Positions 25,733 through 33,404 are shown, counted from the stretch's first letter. The stretch: 35,544 nt of DNA from a virus (IMGVR_UViG_3300016265_000300:1-35544), one strand, 5' to 3'. The notes: a model not told the origin generated them from the letters alone. Made by a program: numbers and translations.

Positions 25733-25999
25733 TTATCTAGGGGCTGACAGGAAAATGTCATCTAGTGTTGTGAAATCGTTATCTTCTACTTCTAGGCTTA
25801 CTAGTAGTAGTTTGAAGGTCTCTTCAATGAATACCTTGCCAGCATCCCTAGCAGATATTAGGTTGTAGGCTAGAGCATATGCCAAAGGCAGACCCAAATC
25901 GTTATATGAGATAAAGTCTTCAAAGTTCTCGTCATCTCTATAATTCATCCATAGTTCTGCTAGGATTTTAGTCTTGTTTTCGAATGTGGTTTCTGCCAT
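25733..25999 (-). CDS. Hypothetical protein
   Basis: MAETTFENK...ILAELW...YNDLGLPLAY; AGAAAG RBS. Confidence 0.75.
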   Translation of the reverse strand: MAETTFENKTKILAELWMNYRDDENFEDFISYNDLGLPLAYALAYNLISARDAGKVFIEETFKLLLVSLEVEDNDFTTLDDIFLSAPR

Positions 26000-26177
26000 T
26001 GCTTTCTCTTTCTTCTTCCATTGCTTCAAATACTAACTTTATTCTTCTGTATGCTAAACTTGGTAATGACCACGCTAAGTATCTACCTGCGAATTCTAGG
26101 TCAAATCGCAAATCGCTTACATTGTCAGTAATAATTTCTGCTAATTTTTCTTCCTTTGTTTTTGGGTGTCTTCTCAT
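25968..26177 (-). CDS. Hypothetical protein
   Basis: KTKEEK.AE.I...VSDLRFDL; TG-G-TATAAT upstream. Confidence 0.7.
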   Translation of the reverse strand: MRRHPKTKEEKLAEIITDNVSDLRFDLEFAGRYLAWSLPSLAYRRIKLVFEAMEEERESNGRNHIRKQD

Positions 26178-26312
26178 TGCTTCTCTATTCTCTTATCATT
26201 CTATTATACCAAAAATGTAGGGGAAGCACAAGTAGCAAAATGCGGCTCATGCTTCCCCAGATAGTCAGACACAGAAACCCCTAACTGCTCTGACCGTTAG
26301 TAGGGAGTAGTC

Positions 26313-26705
26313 TCAACCCACTAAGCTGTGAAGTTTATCTATACTGTCAATGTGGTATAGGTCCCCATATTCTTCGATGTTTATACTATAGGGGTCTGGT
26401 AGGTCCTTAAGGAAGTCCTGAATACCCTGGCTAATCTCAAGGGCATACAAATCGTCCCTAAAGTCAAACCAGTCATCTCCGTACTCCTGCTCGCTCCTGA
26501 ACGCTCGTATCTTAGCGGTTTCTTCTGGGGTACATCTATAAAGGATGCCAGTATAAACTTTGTTAACTGCACCATAAAAGTCATCAGGTCTTTCGTTGAT
26601 ATAGATAGCAGGGTTTATAGTTATAACATCGTCCAACATGTCCAAGCCATCTTCATCTCGTCCTAAGTCTCTGAACCATAGGTTTAGGTCCCAATCTTTA
26701 AGCAA
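26313..26705 (-). CDS. Acidic hypothetical protein
   Basis: TTG start overlapping the upstream stop; GAAGGA RBS. Confidence 0.7.
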   Translation of the reverse strand: MLKDWDLNLWFRDLGRDEDGLDMLDDVITINPAIYINERPDDFYGAVNKVYTGILYRCTPEETAKIRAFRSEQEYGDDWFDFRDDLYALEISQGIQDFLKDLPDPYSINIEEYGDLYHIDSIDKLHSLVG

Positions 26706-26895
26706 TGTAAGTTCCTTCCTTAATATCTAAAACAAGGTTATTTAGGATTTCATCAAGGTAGTTAGAAACCATACCTTCAATGTCATCTATAATAGTATCC
26801 CACAATTCGTCAGTAATTACAAGACCATCTTCTTCGTCAAAGTATGACTCAAAGTTTTCTCTATCTAAAACTAGACTTTCAAACATCTTACGCAT
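26698..26895 (-). CDS. Small very acidic protein
   Basis: About 18 D/E in 65 aa; ITDELW motif. Confidence 0.7.
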   Translation of the reverse strand: MRKMFESLVLDRENFESYFDEEDGLVITDELWDTIIDDIEGMVSNYLDEILNNLVLDIKEGTYIA

Positions 26896-27064
26896 TATCT
26901 TCTACTCCTATCGCTTCAAATTCCCAACCACCAGATACTTCAAAATCTTCGAAGTCATCTGCAATCCAGTCATCAATCTTATCAAAAGCATCTGCTTCGT
27001 CTTCTGCTTCAATTGGTACTTCATACCAGATTTTACGCAAGGCATAGATTTTAAATTTAGGCAT
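26888..27064 (-). CDS. Small acidic protein (58 aa; not in ORF track)
   Basis: MPKFKIYALRKIWYEVPIEAEDEADAFDKIDDW...; overlaps both neighbours. Confidence 0.7.
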   Translation of the reverse strand: MPKFKIYALRKIWYEVPIEAEDEADAFDKIDDWIADDFEDFEVSGGWEFEAIGVEDNA

Positions 27065-27245
27065 TGTCTATCTTCTTTCCACTAATTGTTACATCAACAA
27101 AAACATTGTAGAAGCGTTCTACAACTTCTAGGGCTGTTTCCCAATACCCCAAGTCAATAGCAGTTTGCTCGTGCATTTCTACAAGGTCTTGTGCCATGCG
27201 TTGTAGCAGTTCATCGTTGTTTAGTTGTTTTACATATTTACTCAT
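27057..27245 (-). CDS. Hypothetical protein
   Basis: MSKYVKQLNNDELLQRM...; ATG 1 nt after the upstream stop. Confidence 0.65.
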   Translation of the reverse strand: MSKYVKQLNNDELLQRMAQDLVEMHEQTAIDLGYWETALEVVERFYNVFVDVTISGKKIDNA

Positions 27246-27246
27246 A

Positions 27247-27612
27247 CTATTTCCAATCTGTGTAGGTTCCATCACCAAAACATAGGTCGCAGTCTTGGTC
27301 AGGCTCTTCATCTTCGTTATCTACATTATAGCAGTCACATACGACATACTTGCAGACAGTAACATAGTCTTCATCTGTCCACGGTACTTCAGTAACATAA
27401 TAAGCAATCCTATTAACCAAATGGTATCCAGCAACAATGTATACACCATCGTCACCATCCATCTCAGTCCAGACAATAGTGTCAGGTTGGTCACAAACAA
27501 ACAGCACTTCATCACCATAAGTCTCAAAGGATGTAGTATCATCAGTAACTAGATGATTTTTGATAGGCTTGTATTTCTCACACCAATCTTCATAAGTTAG
27601 TTCAGTCATCAT
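27247..27612 (-). CDS. Hypothetical protein with C-terminal Cys cluster
   Basis: YKPIKNHL, FETYGDE, VWT..DGDDG, GYHLVNRIAYYVTEVPW, CDC..CDLC.G.G. Confidence 0.8.
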   Translation of the reverse strand: MMTELTYEDWCEKYKPIKNHLVTDDTTSFETYGDEVLFVCDQPDTIVWTEMDGDDGVYIVAGYHLVNRIAYYVTEVPWTDEDYVTVCKYVVCDCYNVDNEDEEPDQDCDLCFGDGTYTDWK

Positions 27613-27748
27613 TTACCACAACTTCTAATAATAGTTGGTTTATATAAGAATAAACATCATCAGCCATAGGGTGTGGTATATTGCCAACCTTATCCATAAT
27701 CTCATAAAGTTCATCTACAAGGTATTCAGGTTTTGCTAGTATTTTCAT
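27602..27748 (-). CDS. Small hypothetical protein (48 aa; not in ORF track)
   Basis: AGAAAG RBS; MKILAKPEYLVDELYEIM... Confidence 0.55.
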   Translation of the reverse strand: MKILAKPEYLVDELYEIMDKVGNIPHPMADDVYSYINQLLLEVVVNDD

Positions 27749-27762
27749 TAGGGGTCTTTCTC

Positions 27763-28311
27763 TTAGAAGTGGAAATCTACTGGTACTAAACAGTATAGCA
27801 TAGCATTGTCGTTTTTGTCAATAGCCTGTTTTATCCTTGCTCGTAAATGCTTAGTTTTAGGAGACCAATCAACAGTATCGTAATAGGCACTATCCCAATT
27901 CCAATAACCTTGCATAATCTTGATTGCTGATGTCAAACTATATAGATTTGCTTGGTGCATTTCGGGGTATTCAATCTCTTCACCATTACCAAACTTTACC
28001 ATAAGGCTGTTTATAGTAGGAAAGTCAAATTCACCAAAATATTCGTTGAACTGCGATAGTTGCTTTAGGTCTATCATGTCTAATGCTTCTAGGAACTCAC
28101 AGGCATTCTCGTCAGAATAGATAAGGATAGGAACATCTTTCCACCTACCGCCAACAGAACAGCCATCAGACCATCCACCAACAAAGCCATTACCATCTGC
28201 TTGCATATCTAGCCAAGCATTCACATGACCAATGGCTTCTTGCTCAATGTCTTCAACAGTTTGTTCATCCATACGCTCAACTTCAGTGAGCAGATATTGC
28301 ATTACATGCAT
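27763..28311 (-). CDS. Hypothetical protein
   Basis: WSDGCSVGGRW and C-terminal LVPVDFHF; promoter TTGACT-N17-TATCCT at 28343-28371; AGAAAG RBS. Confidence 0.8.
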   Translation of the reverse strand: MHVMQYLLTEVERMDEQTVEDIEQEAIGHVNAWLDMQADGNGFVGGWSDGCSVGGRWKDVPILIYSDENACEFLEALDMIDLKQLSQFNEYFGEFDFPTINSLMVKFGNGEEIEYPEMHQANLYSLTSAIKIMQGYWNWDSAYYDTVDWSPKTKHLRARIKQAIDKNDNAMLYCLVPVDFHF

Positions 28312-28571
28312 AGGGTTTCTCTTTCTCTAGGTTTATATTTCAAGGATACAGCCTAATCATCGTAAAGTCAATAGATTTGGGGAAAATTGTTATAGGTTCG
28401 TAATAAAGCTTTTATCTCTAATAAGATTATTATGTAAAGTAAAATCTGCGCACAAAACCAGGGCAGTCAGAAAGCTCCAACTACCCTGGTCCCCTATTTA
28501 TCCCTTATTGTAACATGAAAACTATAGCAACGACAATAAAGGCAATGACTAATATGCCTATACCGTCCACG

Positions 28572-28742
28572 TTACACCTTTTTTAGAATCTCTCGTGCAT
28601 GTTCAATAAACGCCATTTCTTCTGGTGTTGCATTCAAACGTTTTCTAATTAGTTCTAATACTTGTGATGTTGGCAAATTATCAATGCCCTTGATTTTTTG
28701 AAAGTTGTCAATCATAGACAAGACTAGTTCTTTATCTGACAT
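28572..28742 (-). CDS. Small hypothetical protein (56 aa; not in ORF track)
   Basis: MSDKELVLSMIDNFQKIKG...; starts 1 nt after the upstream stop. Confidence 0.55.
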   Translation of the reverse strand: MSDKELVLSMIDNFQKIKGIDNLPTSQVLELIRKRLNATPEEMAFIEHAREILKKV

Positions 28743-28743
28743 T

Positions 28744-28980
28744 TCACTCATTTACTATCACCACATCTACCATGTCGTATAGGTCATTGTATTTGAAAGA
28801 GTGGTATAGTGCTTCAACTAATTCACTACGAACATAGTTGATGATTTGTTCTTGAGAGCGTGGCTCTAAGACTTCATCTTCATCACCCCAGTCTTCAAAA
28901 TGTTCACGCTCGTTTTCAGTGTATCCATCATCATCTACTTCAAAGTCCCAGATGATTTGTGCTCTATAAATTTTTGGCAT
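28744..28980 (-). CDS. Small acidic protein
   Basis: MPKIYRAQIIWDFEVDDDG... Confidence 0.7.
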   Translation of the reverse strand: MPKIYRAQIIWDFEVDDDGYTENEREHFEDWGDEDEVLEPRSQEQIINYVRSELVEALYHSFKYNDLYDMVDVVIVNE

Positions 28981-29128
28981 TATAACTCTCAATCGCAATC
29001 ATACTATCTAACATTTCCATACGACCTACAATAAGGTCATAAGTCCAATCGTTCAGCATACCCTCAAACTTGTCTAGGTCTGCTTCTATTGCTTTGCGTT
29101 CAGCCATTAGGCTTTTTAGTTCACTCAT
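28964..29128 (-). CDS. Small helical protein (54 aa; not in ORF track)
   Basis: MSELKSLMAERKAIEADLDKFEGML...; overlaps both neighbours. Confidence 0.55.
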   Translation of the reverse strand: MSELKSLMAERKAIEADLDKFEGMLNDWTYDLIVGRMEMLDSMIAIESYNAKNL

Positions 29129-29297
29129 TATCTTCCTGTCTGTATTGGTCTAAATAGATTTGTGCTTGTTCTGCTTCCCATTCATCGTGGGTAGAGCAAT
29201 AACCCTGATTACCTTCGCAAATGTCGCAGAATGGAGTGCAGTCATAACTGCCATCGTGTTTAGGGCAATCAACCCTATCGCATTCACAATCACTCAT
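29121..29297 (-). CDS. Small Cys-rich protein (58 aa; not in ORF track)
   Basis: MSDCECDRVDCPKHDGSYDCTPFCDICEGNQGYCSTH... Confidence 0.65.
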   Translation of the reverse strand: MSDCECDRVDCPKHDGSYDCTPFCDICEGNQGYCSTHDEWEAEQAQIYLDQYRQEDNE

Positions 29298-29472
29298 TAT
29301 CTTCTTCGTCTTCTGGTATCTCTTGTAGATGTTCTACATCTATGGAATAGACAGATGAGTATGCTGTGTATTCTTCCCAATTCCAACCTTGCTCTTCTGC
29401 TTGGTCTTCATTATCGCACTCAACTTCGTATTCTAGTTCTACGATTACTTTTACATTGTATAGATTTGCCAT
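29290..29472 (-). CDS. Small very acidic protein
   Basis: About 20 D/E in 60 aa; YNVKVIVELEYEVECDNEDQA; AGAAAG RBS. Confidence 0.75.
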   Translation of the reverse strand: MANLYNVKVIVELEYEVECDNEDQAEEQGWNWEEYTAYSSVYSIDVEHLQEIPEDEEDNE

Positions 29473-29521
29473 AAGGGTTTCTCTTTCTGTTAGATTATTA
29501 TTATAGGGGATAGCACTGACA

Positions 29522-29791
29522 TTACCAAAGCATAGCCGCTTGCTCTAACATTTCATCATAAAGTATCTTATGATTGTCAGGCTCAAGAGACATCCACGCT
29601 TCTTGACGAATGCCTGTTAGCATTTCAATAAAAGACATTGTTTCAGGAGTGCGTTTTATTCTACCACTTTCAATCCCATTCCAAAACTCTCTTTCAAGTG
29701 CTTCAAGACCCCAAACCTTAAATTGCCTGATTTGGTAGGATTTTAGTTCGCTTGCTTCGGGGTATTCATAGTATTCTTCAGTTTCATTCAT
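29522..29791 (-). CDS. Hypothetical protein (leaderless)
   Basis: TTGACT-N18-TATAAT-N6-ATG (MNETEEYY...). Confidence 0.75.
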   Translation of the reverse strand: MNETEEYYEYPEASELKSYQIRQFKVWGLEALEREFWNGIESGRIKRTPETMSFIEMLTGIRQEAWMSLEPDNHKILYDEMLEQAAMLW

Positions 29792-29938
29792 AGATAAATT
29801 ATACAGGGTAGCACTGACATTAGTCAATAGTTCTGGGGAAAAATTTACCTGTTCGTAATTAAATATTTATTCTTATCTATCTTACATAACTAAAAATTTT
29901 TGCGCACAAAATCCAAGCTTTCGCAAGCAAGGATAATG

Positions 29939-29967
29939 TAAGCAGTTTTACAACTTGCTCAGGTTGT
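29939..29967 (-). ncRNA. Pseudoknot motif copy A
   Basis: ACAAC-C-TGAGCA-A-GTTGT-AAAAC-TGCTTA; 5 nt after the DUF932 stop. Confidence 0.7.
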
Positions 29968-29972
29968 TTGGT

Positions 29973-30986
29973 TTAGATGTTTGCCAAAACTAAACTCATT
30001 AGGCGATTTTTCTCTGCGTTGATTACAGGGTCAAATCCAGAAGCACTTGCGTAAATGCTTTCGTTGTTGCCACCACGAGCAGTTCTATACCAATCTAGGC
30101 GTTCTGTTAGAGCGTTGTAAGCACCCCAAGCAGTTCCAGCAATGGTGTTGTTATACTGACCAACATAAATGTCGTTTAGTAGTTCAACTTTGCTGTCGTG
30201 CTTTTTGAATGAACCCTTGCTGTCTTTTTCAGGGGCAGGGTAAGCAAGTTCAACAATCTTATCAAATTGAGCCTTAGTAATTTCAGTTTGAATAAGTTTG
30301 TTAGCAAGTTCGCTAAACTCGTCAATGTAAGAATTGGCAAGACCTAACGCTTGGCGAGCAACTGCGATTTTGCCTTCCGCTGTTTGAGTGTGTCTAATCT
30401 TGAATGTTTGCTTACTTGCTTTTCTACCCTTGAATGATGATAGAGCAAGGTTTAGCGTGTTAGCACATACAACTCTAACAGGTGTGATTGACGCTTGAAT
30501 AGCAATACTGCCATCGTGGCTAGTGTTGATAAGTAGATAGTTGTCTATCTTATCAGCAATGCCATTAGGGTCTAGGGTAATTGAGTTAGCCAATGCGATT
30601 GAACCAAATACAACTCTACCACCCTTGATTGAACCAGCAGTTTCCCAACGCCCACCACCATCTAGCAAGTTATCGCCAAATGAGAACAGGTCTTCATTCT
30701 GTAAAGGTGTGTAGCGTTCTCCAACAATACCAAGAATGTCTGTCTGGTCTTTGTTGAATGGATTAGTTCTTGATACAAAAGAATAAGTTTTGTCGCTAGT
30801 AAAACCAGCAGGGACAGGGACTTCTTCTAAGCGAACATTCCAATTGTCTAGTTTAGCAAGGGATAGCATTTCAGCAGTATTTACTTCATCTTGAAATACA
30901 GTTCCAAGATTGTGCCAAGCAGGTTGTCTAAGCGAAGCGAAAGTTGCTTGACCTGTCGCTTCGTCTATTTCTAATTCGTGAGCCAT
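29973..30986 (-). CDS. DUF932-family phage/plasmid protein
   Basis: PAWHNLG, Y.PLQNED.F.F, ETAGSIKGG..VF, SHDGS, TPVRVVCANTL, IRHT, GTAWGAYNALTE..D; GAAAGG RBS before MAHELE. Confidence 0.88.
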   Translation of the reverse strand: MAHELEIDEATGQATFASLRQPAWHNLGTVFQDEVNTAEMLSLAKLDNWNVRLEEVPVPAGFTSDKTYSFVSRTNPFNKDQTDILGIVGERYTPLQNEDLFSFGDNLLDGGGRWETAGSIKGGRVVFGSIALANSITLDPNGIADKIDNYLLINTSHDGSIAIQASITPVRVVCANTLNLALSSFKGRKASKQTFKIRHTQTAEGKIAVARQALGLANSYIDEFSELANKLIQTEITKAQFDKIVELAYPAPEKDSKGSFKKHDSKVELLNDIYVGQYNNTIAGTAWGAYNALTERLDWYRTARGGNNESIYASASGFDPVINAEKNRLMSLVLANI

Positions 30987-31242
30987 AAATGACCTTTCGT
31001 GATAGTGGTTTATTTGATAATCTATTTTCTCATAGTTTCGGGGAAAAGTCAATAGGGTTCGTAAATTATTTTGATAATCTTTTCCACAAGCTTTTCCACA
31101 GGGCGGTGCGCAAAAAATTATCCCCTTGCTACCAGCCATCTATCCAGACAACTTCGCAAGGGGATAGCCAACAAGAAACGATTATCTTATCTAGAAAGAG
31201 AACCTTTTCAGCAATCGCAGTTGATTATCTGTCTTGTTGGTG

Positions 31243-31271
31243 TAAGCAGTTTTACAATTTGCTCAGATTAC
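31243..31271 (-). ncRNA. Pseudoknot motif copy B
   Basis: GTAAT-C-TGAGCA-A-ATTGT-AAAAC-TGCTTA. Confidence 0.7.
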
Positions 31272-31324
31272 TGGTAGCCATCAGTAGTCCCCCATCTCAA
31301 TGCCACACCAGCCCAATGAGATTG

Positions 31325-31353
31325 GAAGCCTTTTAGACACTTGCTCAGGTGTT
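31325..31353 (-). ncRNA. Pseudoknot motif copy C
   Basis: ACAC-C-TGAGCA-A-GTGT-CTAAAAG-GCTT. Confidence 0.6.
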
Positions 31354-31415
31354 TGGCTAACGCAAGTCTAGCGATTTACCCTGACGGAACGGAAGACTAG
31401 GGGAAGCCAATGGTT

Positions 31416-31859
31416 TTACAGCAAGTCCATTACTGACGAATAGGTTGAAGCATTGACTTCTTCCTGAGTTGTTAGTTTTAGAACTTTGAGTGTCTTTTCC
31501 AACATTTCTAGTGGAGTAGCATACTCACGACCAAAGTGCTGTTTCTCATTTGGATTTGATGGTTTCTTTGGTTGGTCAGGTAAGCCAAGAGCATCAGCAT
31601 CTATGCTTACATCAACGCCACGATAGCCATAAGAAACACGAATAGGGCTATCATAGTTTTCGCCAATCAACTCAGGGTTATCAGTTAGAACCTTGATTAC
31701 AGACTTGACTAGATTTGCTTGGTGAGCCTTTACATCTGCTTCATACTGCTTTACATCAGCAGGGTATGTAGCAAGAGCAGACTTGATACTAGCAATCTTC
31801 TCTTCTACAAGAGAGATTAGACTAGCAGTTGGAACTTTTAGTGCTAATGAACGAGCCAT
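31416..31859 (-). CDS. Hypothetical protein
   Basis: Perfect TTGACA-N17-TATAAT at 31895-31923; AGAAAG RBS; C-terminal EEVNASTY. Confidence 0.8.
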   Translation of the reverse strand: MARSLALKVPTASLISLVEEKIASIKSALATYPADVKQYEADVKAHQANLVKSVIKVLTDNPELIGENYDSPIRVSYGYRGVDVSIDADALGLPDQPKKPSNPNEKQHFGREYATPLEMLEKTLKVLKLTTQEEVNASTYSSVMDLL

Positions 31860-31929
31860 TATTTTTCTTCTTTCTATTTAGGGTTATGTATAAAATTATA
31901 CAGGATAAAGGATGATTTGTCAATAGGGT

Positions 31930-31963
31930 TGAGCAGTTTTTTTGCCAGACATACTCAGGTCTG
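31930..31963 (-). ncRNA. Pseudoknot motif copy D
   Basis: CAGAC-C-TGAGTA-T-GTCTG-GCAAAAAAAC-TGCTCA. Confidence 0.7.
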
Positions 31964-31978
31964 CCCTATTTCTAGGAC

Positions 31979-32137
31979 TTAGTTTAGAACTCTACCTTTG
32001 GCAGAAGTCCAGTGTGGCTTTCCATTTACATCTAAACGCAAACGAATTGAACCATTCTTGTTCTCAACGATTTCCTGAACAATACCAACAAACTTGTTGG
32101 TCTTTGTCTCATACTTATCTCCAACTTTGATAGTCAT
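31979..32137 (-). CDS. Small SH3/KOW-like protein (52 aa; not in ORF track)
   Basis: MTIKVGDKYETKTNKFVGIVQEIVENKNGSIRLRLDVNGKPHWTS; AGAAAG RBS; promoter at 32208-32236. Confidence 0.75.
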   Translation of the reverse strand: MTIKVGDKYETKTNKFVGIVQEIVENKNGSIRLRLDVNGKPHWTSAKGRVLN

Positions 32138-32302
32138 AGATTTACCACTTTCTCTTTTCTTGCGAAAAGGCTATTTGTTTATTTATCAACATTTTTGCTG
32201 ATAGTCTATTGTCCCACGATTTCAGGGTTTTGTCAAGGGGTTTCGTAAAAGATTTCGTAAATGTTATCATTCTGTTATCAAAATCGGTGCGCAGAAATTT
32301 AG

Positions 32303-32374
32303 CAGTCCCAGAGAGAATCGAACTCTCGTTTCCAGGATGAAAACCTGATGTCCTGACCACTAGACGATGGGACC
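32303..32374 (-). tRNA. tRNA-Glu(TTC)
   Basis: Acceptor GGTCCCA/TGGGACT, anticodon arm TCAGG-TTTTCAT-CCTGG, T arm GAGAG-TTCGATT-CTCTC. Confidence 0.95.
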
Positions 32375-32377
32375 AAG

Positions 32378-32404
32378 TGAGCAGTTTTACCACTTGCTCA
32401 GGTG
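32378..32404 (-). ncRNA. Pseudoknot motif copy E
   Basis: CAC-C-TGAGCA-A-GTG-GTAAAAC-TGCTCA; 3 nt before the tRNA-Glu 5' end. Confidence 0.7.
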
Positions 32405-32434
32405 TGTTAGGCAGAAAAGAAAGGTTAGAACTGC

Positions 32435-32869
32435 CTAAACTTCTTCAATGTTGTAGTCATCAAGTTCCCAATGGTCAGTTTCAAGATACTCACTTGCTTC
32501 TCCGTGAAACTCTGTTGAGATACCCATACCATTAGCAATTTCATCAGGGTCAGTGCCAAATGGAACTAGGAAACAGGCTTCAACATTGTAAGTTGCTGTG
32601 ATTACAATTCTGCGTTCTAGTGTTAGACCAAATACATCTGCGATAGAGTTTGCTGCTACGCTGTCAATAGTTTCGTCAGTTAGTCCTTCAATGAGCAATT
32701 CTTGTAGTTCTTGCTCTTGTCTAGCACGATAACTATTCATCTCACTAATTCTAGTGTGTGCTTTGGATAGTTCTAGTTCTAGTTCGCTAATCTGGTTTAG
32801 CAACTCTGTAATCTTACCATTTAGGGCAGTTAGAACAGGGTGGTTGCTTGTTGCGTTTTCGTTTTCCAT
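32435..32869 (-). CDS. Acidic coiled-coil protein
   Basis: N-terminal heptads; AGAAAG RBS; promoter at 32897-32918. Confidence 0.8.
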   Translation of the reverse strand: MENENATSNHPVLTALNGKITELLNQISELELELSKAHTRISEMNSYRARQEQELQELLIEGLTDETIDSVAANSIADVFGLTLERRIVITATYNVEACFLVPFGTDPDEIANGMGISTEFHGEASEYLETDHWELDDYNIEEV

Positions 32870-32992
32870 AATTTCTCTTTCTTTCGGTGTATTTCAATTA
32901 TACAGATACCCACTGACATTTCAGGGTAAATTTAGGGTGTTTCGTAAATGATTTATCATTTTGTTATAATTTTTTGCGCAGCAGGGTAGAGC

Positions 32993-33166
32993 CTAAGCCC
33001 TATCCCACTCAAAACTTTCTATAAAGTTTTTAGCAGCAAGCCAAGCCCTAAACATTACTTCGTTTTCTTGACCTGTATAGTCCCATTGTAAGAGCCTACC
33101 TATTGTGTGTGAGTTTCTTTCCTCTAAGTCTGCTAAGACTATTTGGTATGCTTGTTCTAGTTCCAT
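32993..33166 (-). CDS. Small hypothetical protein
   Basis: AAGGA RBS; TAATG overlap; MELEQAYQIV... Confidence 0.65.
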   Translation of the reverse strand: MELEQAYQIVLADLEERNSHTIGRLLQWDYTGQENEVMFRAWLAAKNFIESFEWDRA

Positions 33167-33378
33167 TAGTTTTCCTTTATTATGTAGGTGATTGCTTTGC
33201 TGATTGCTTCGGGTATTGTTTCGCCCCAAGCCTCTTGTAAGAGTTCTTTGTTTTTATCGTAGATACTTGCCCTAAACTCGTCAGGGTTTTCACTTACTAA
33301 ATCAACCCAAATACTTACACTTTCCAAGATAAATCTGTAATCGTTAGAAAACTCAGTTTCGCTTCTTTGTTCATTCAT
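33166..33378 (-). CDS. Small hypothetical protein
   Basis: AAGGA RBS; C-terminal WGETIPEAISKA. Confidence 0.7.
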   Translation of the reverse strand: MNEQRSETEFSNDYRFILESVSIWVDLVSENPDEFRASIYDKNKELLQEAWGETIPEAISKAITYIIKEN

Positions 33379-33404
33379 TAGTTATCCTTTGTTAGATTAT
33401 TATT

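Noticed and set aside
23837-31139. Long N-terminal extensions in the ORF track (23837, 25733, 29827, 31139; also 11588, 33829, 35418)
   Set aside because: The extensions contain the genes' own promoters or RBSs; downstream ATGs fit better.
30989-32393. ORFs 30989-31336, 31071-31277, 31942-32130 and 32142-32393
   Set aside because: They overlap promoters, structured RNA elements, a better minus-strand ORF (31979-32137) or tRNA-Glu.
29939-32404. Repeated GCAGTTTTA...TTGCTCAGGT read as CRISPR repeats or a tandem ToxI array
   Set aside because: Copies are dispersed, irregularly spaced and vary by covariation; there are no uniform spacers and no adjacent toxin-like ORF I can recognise.
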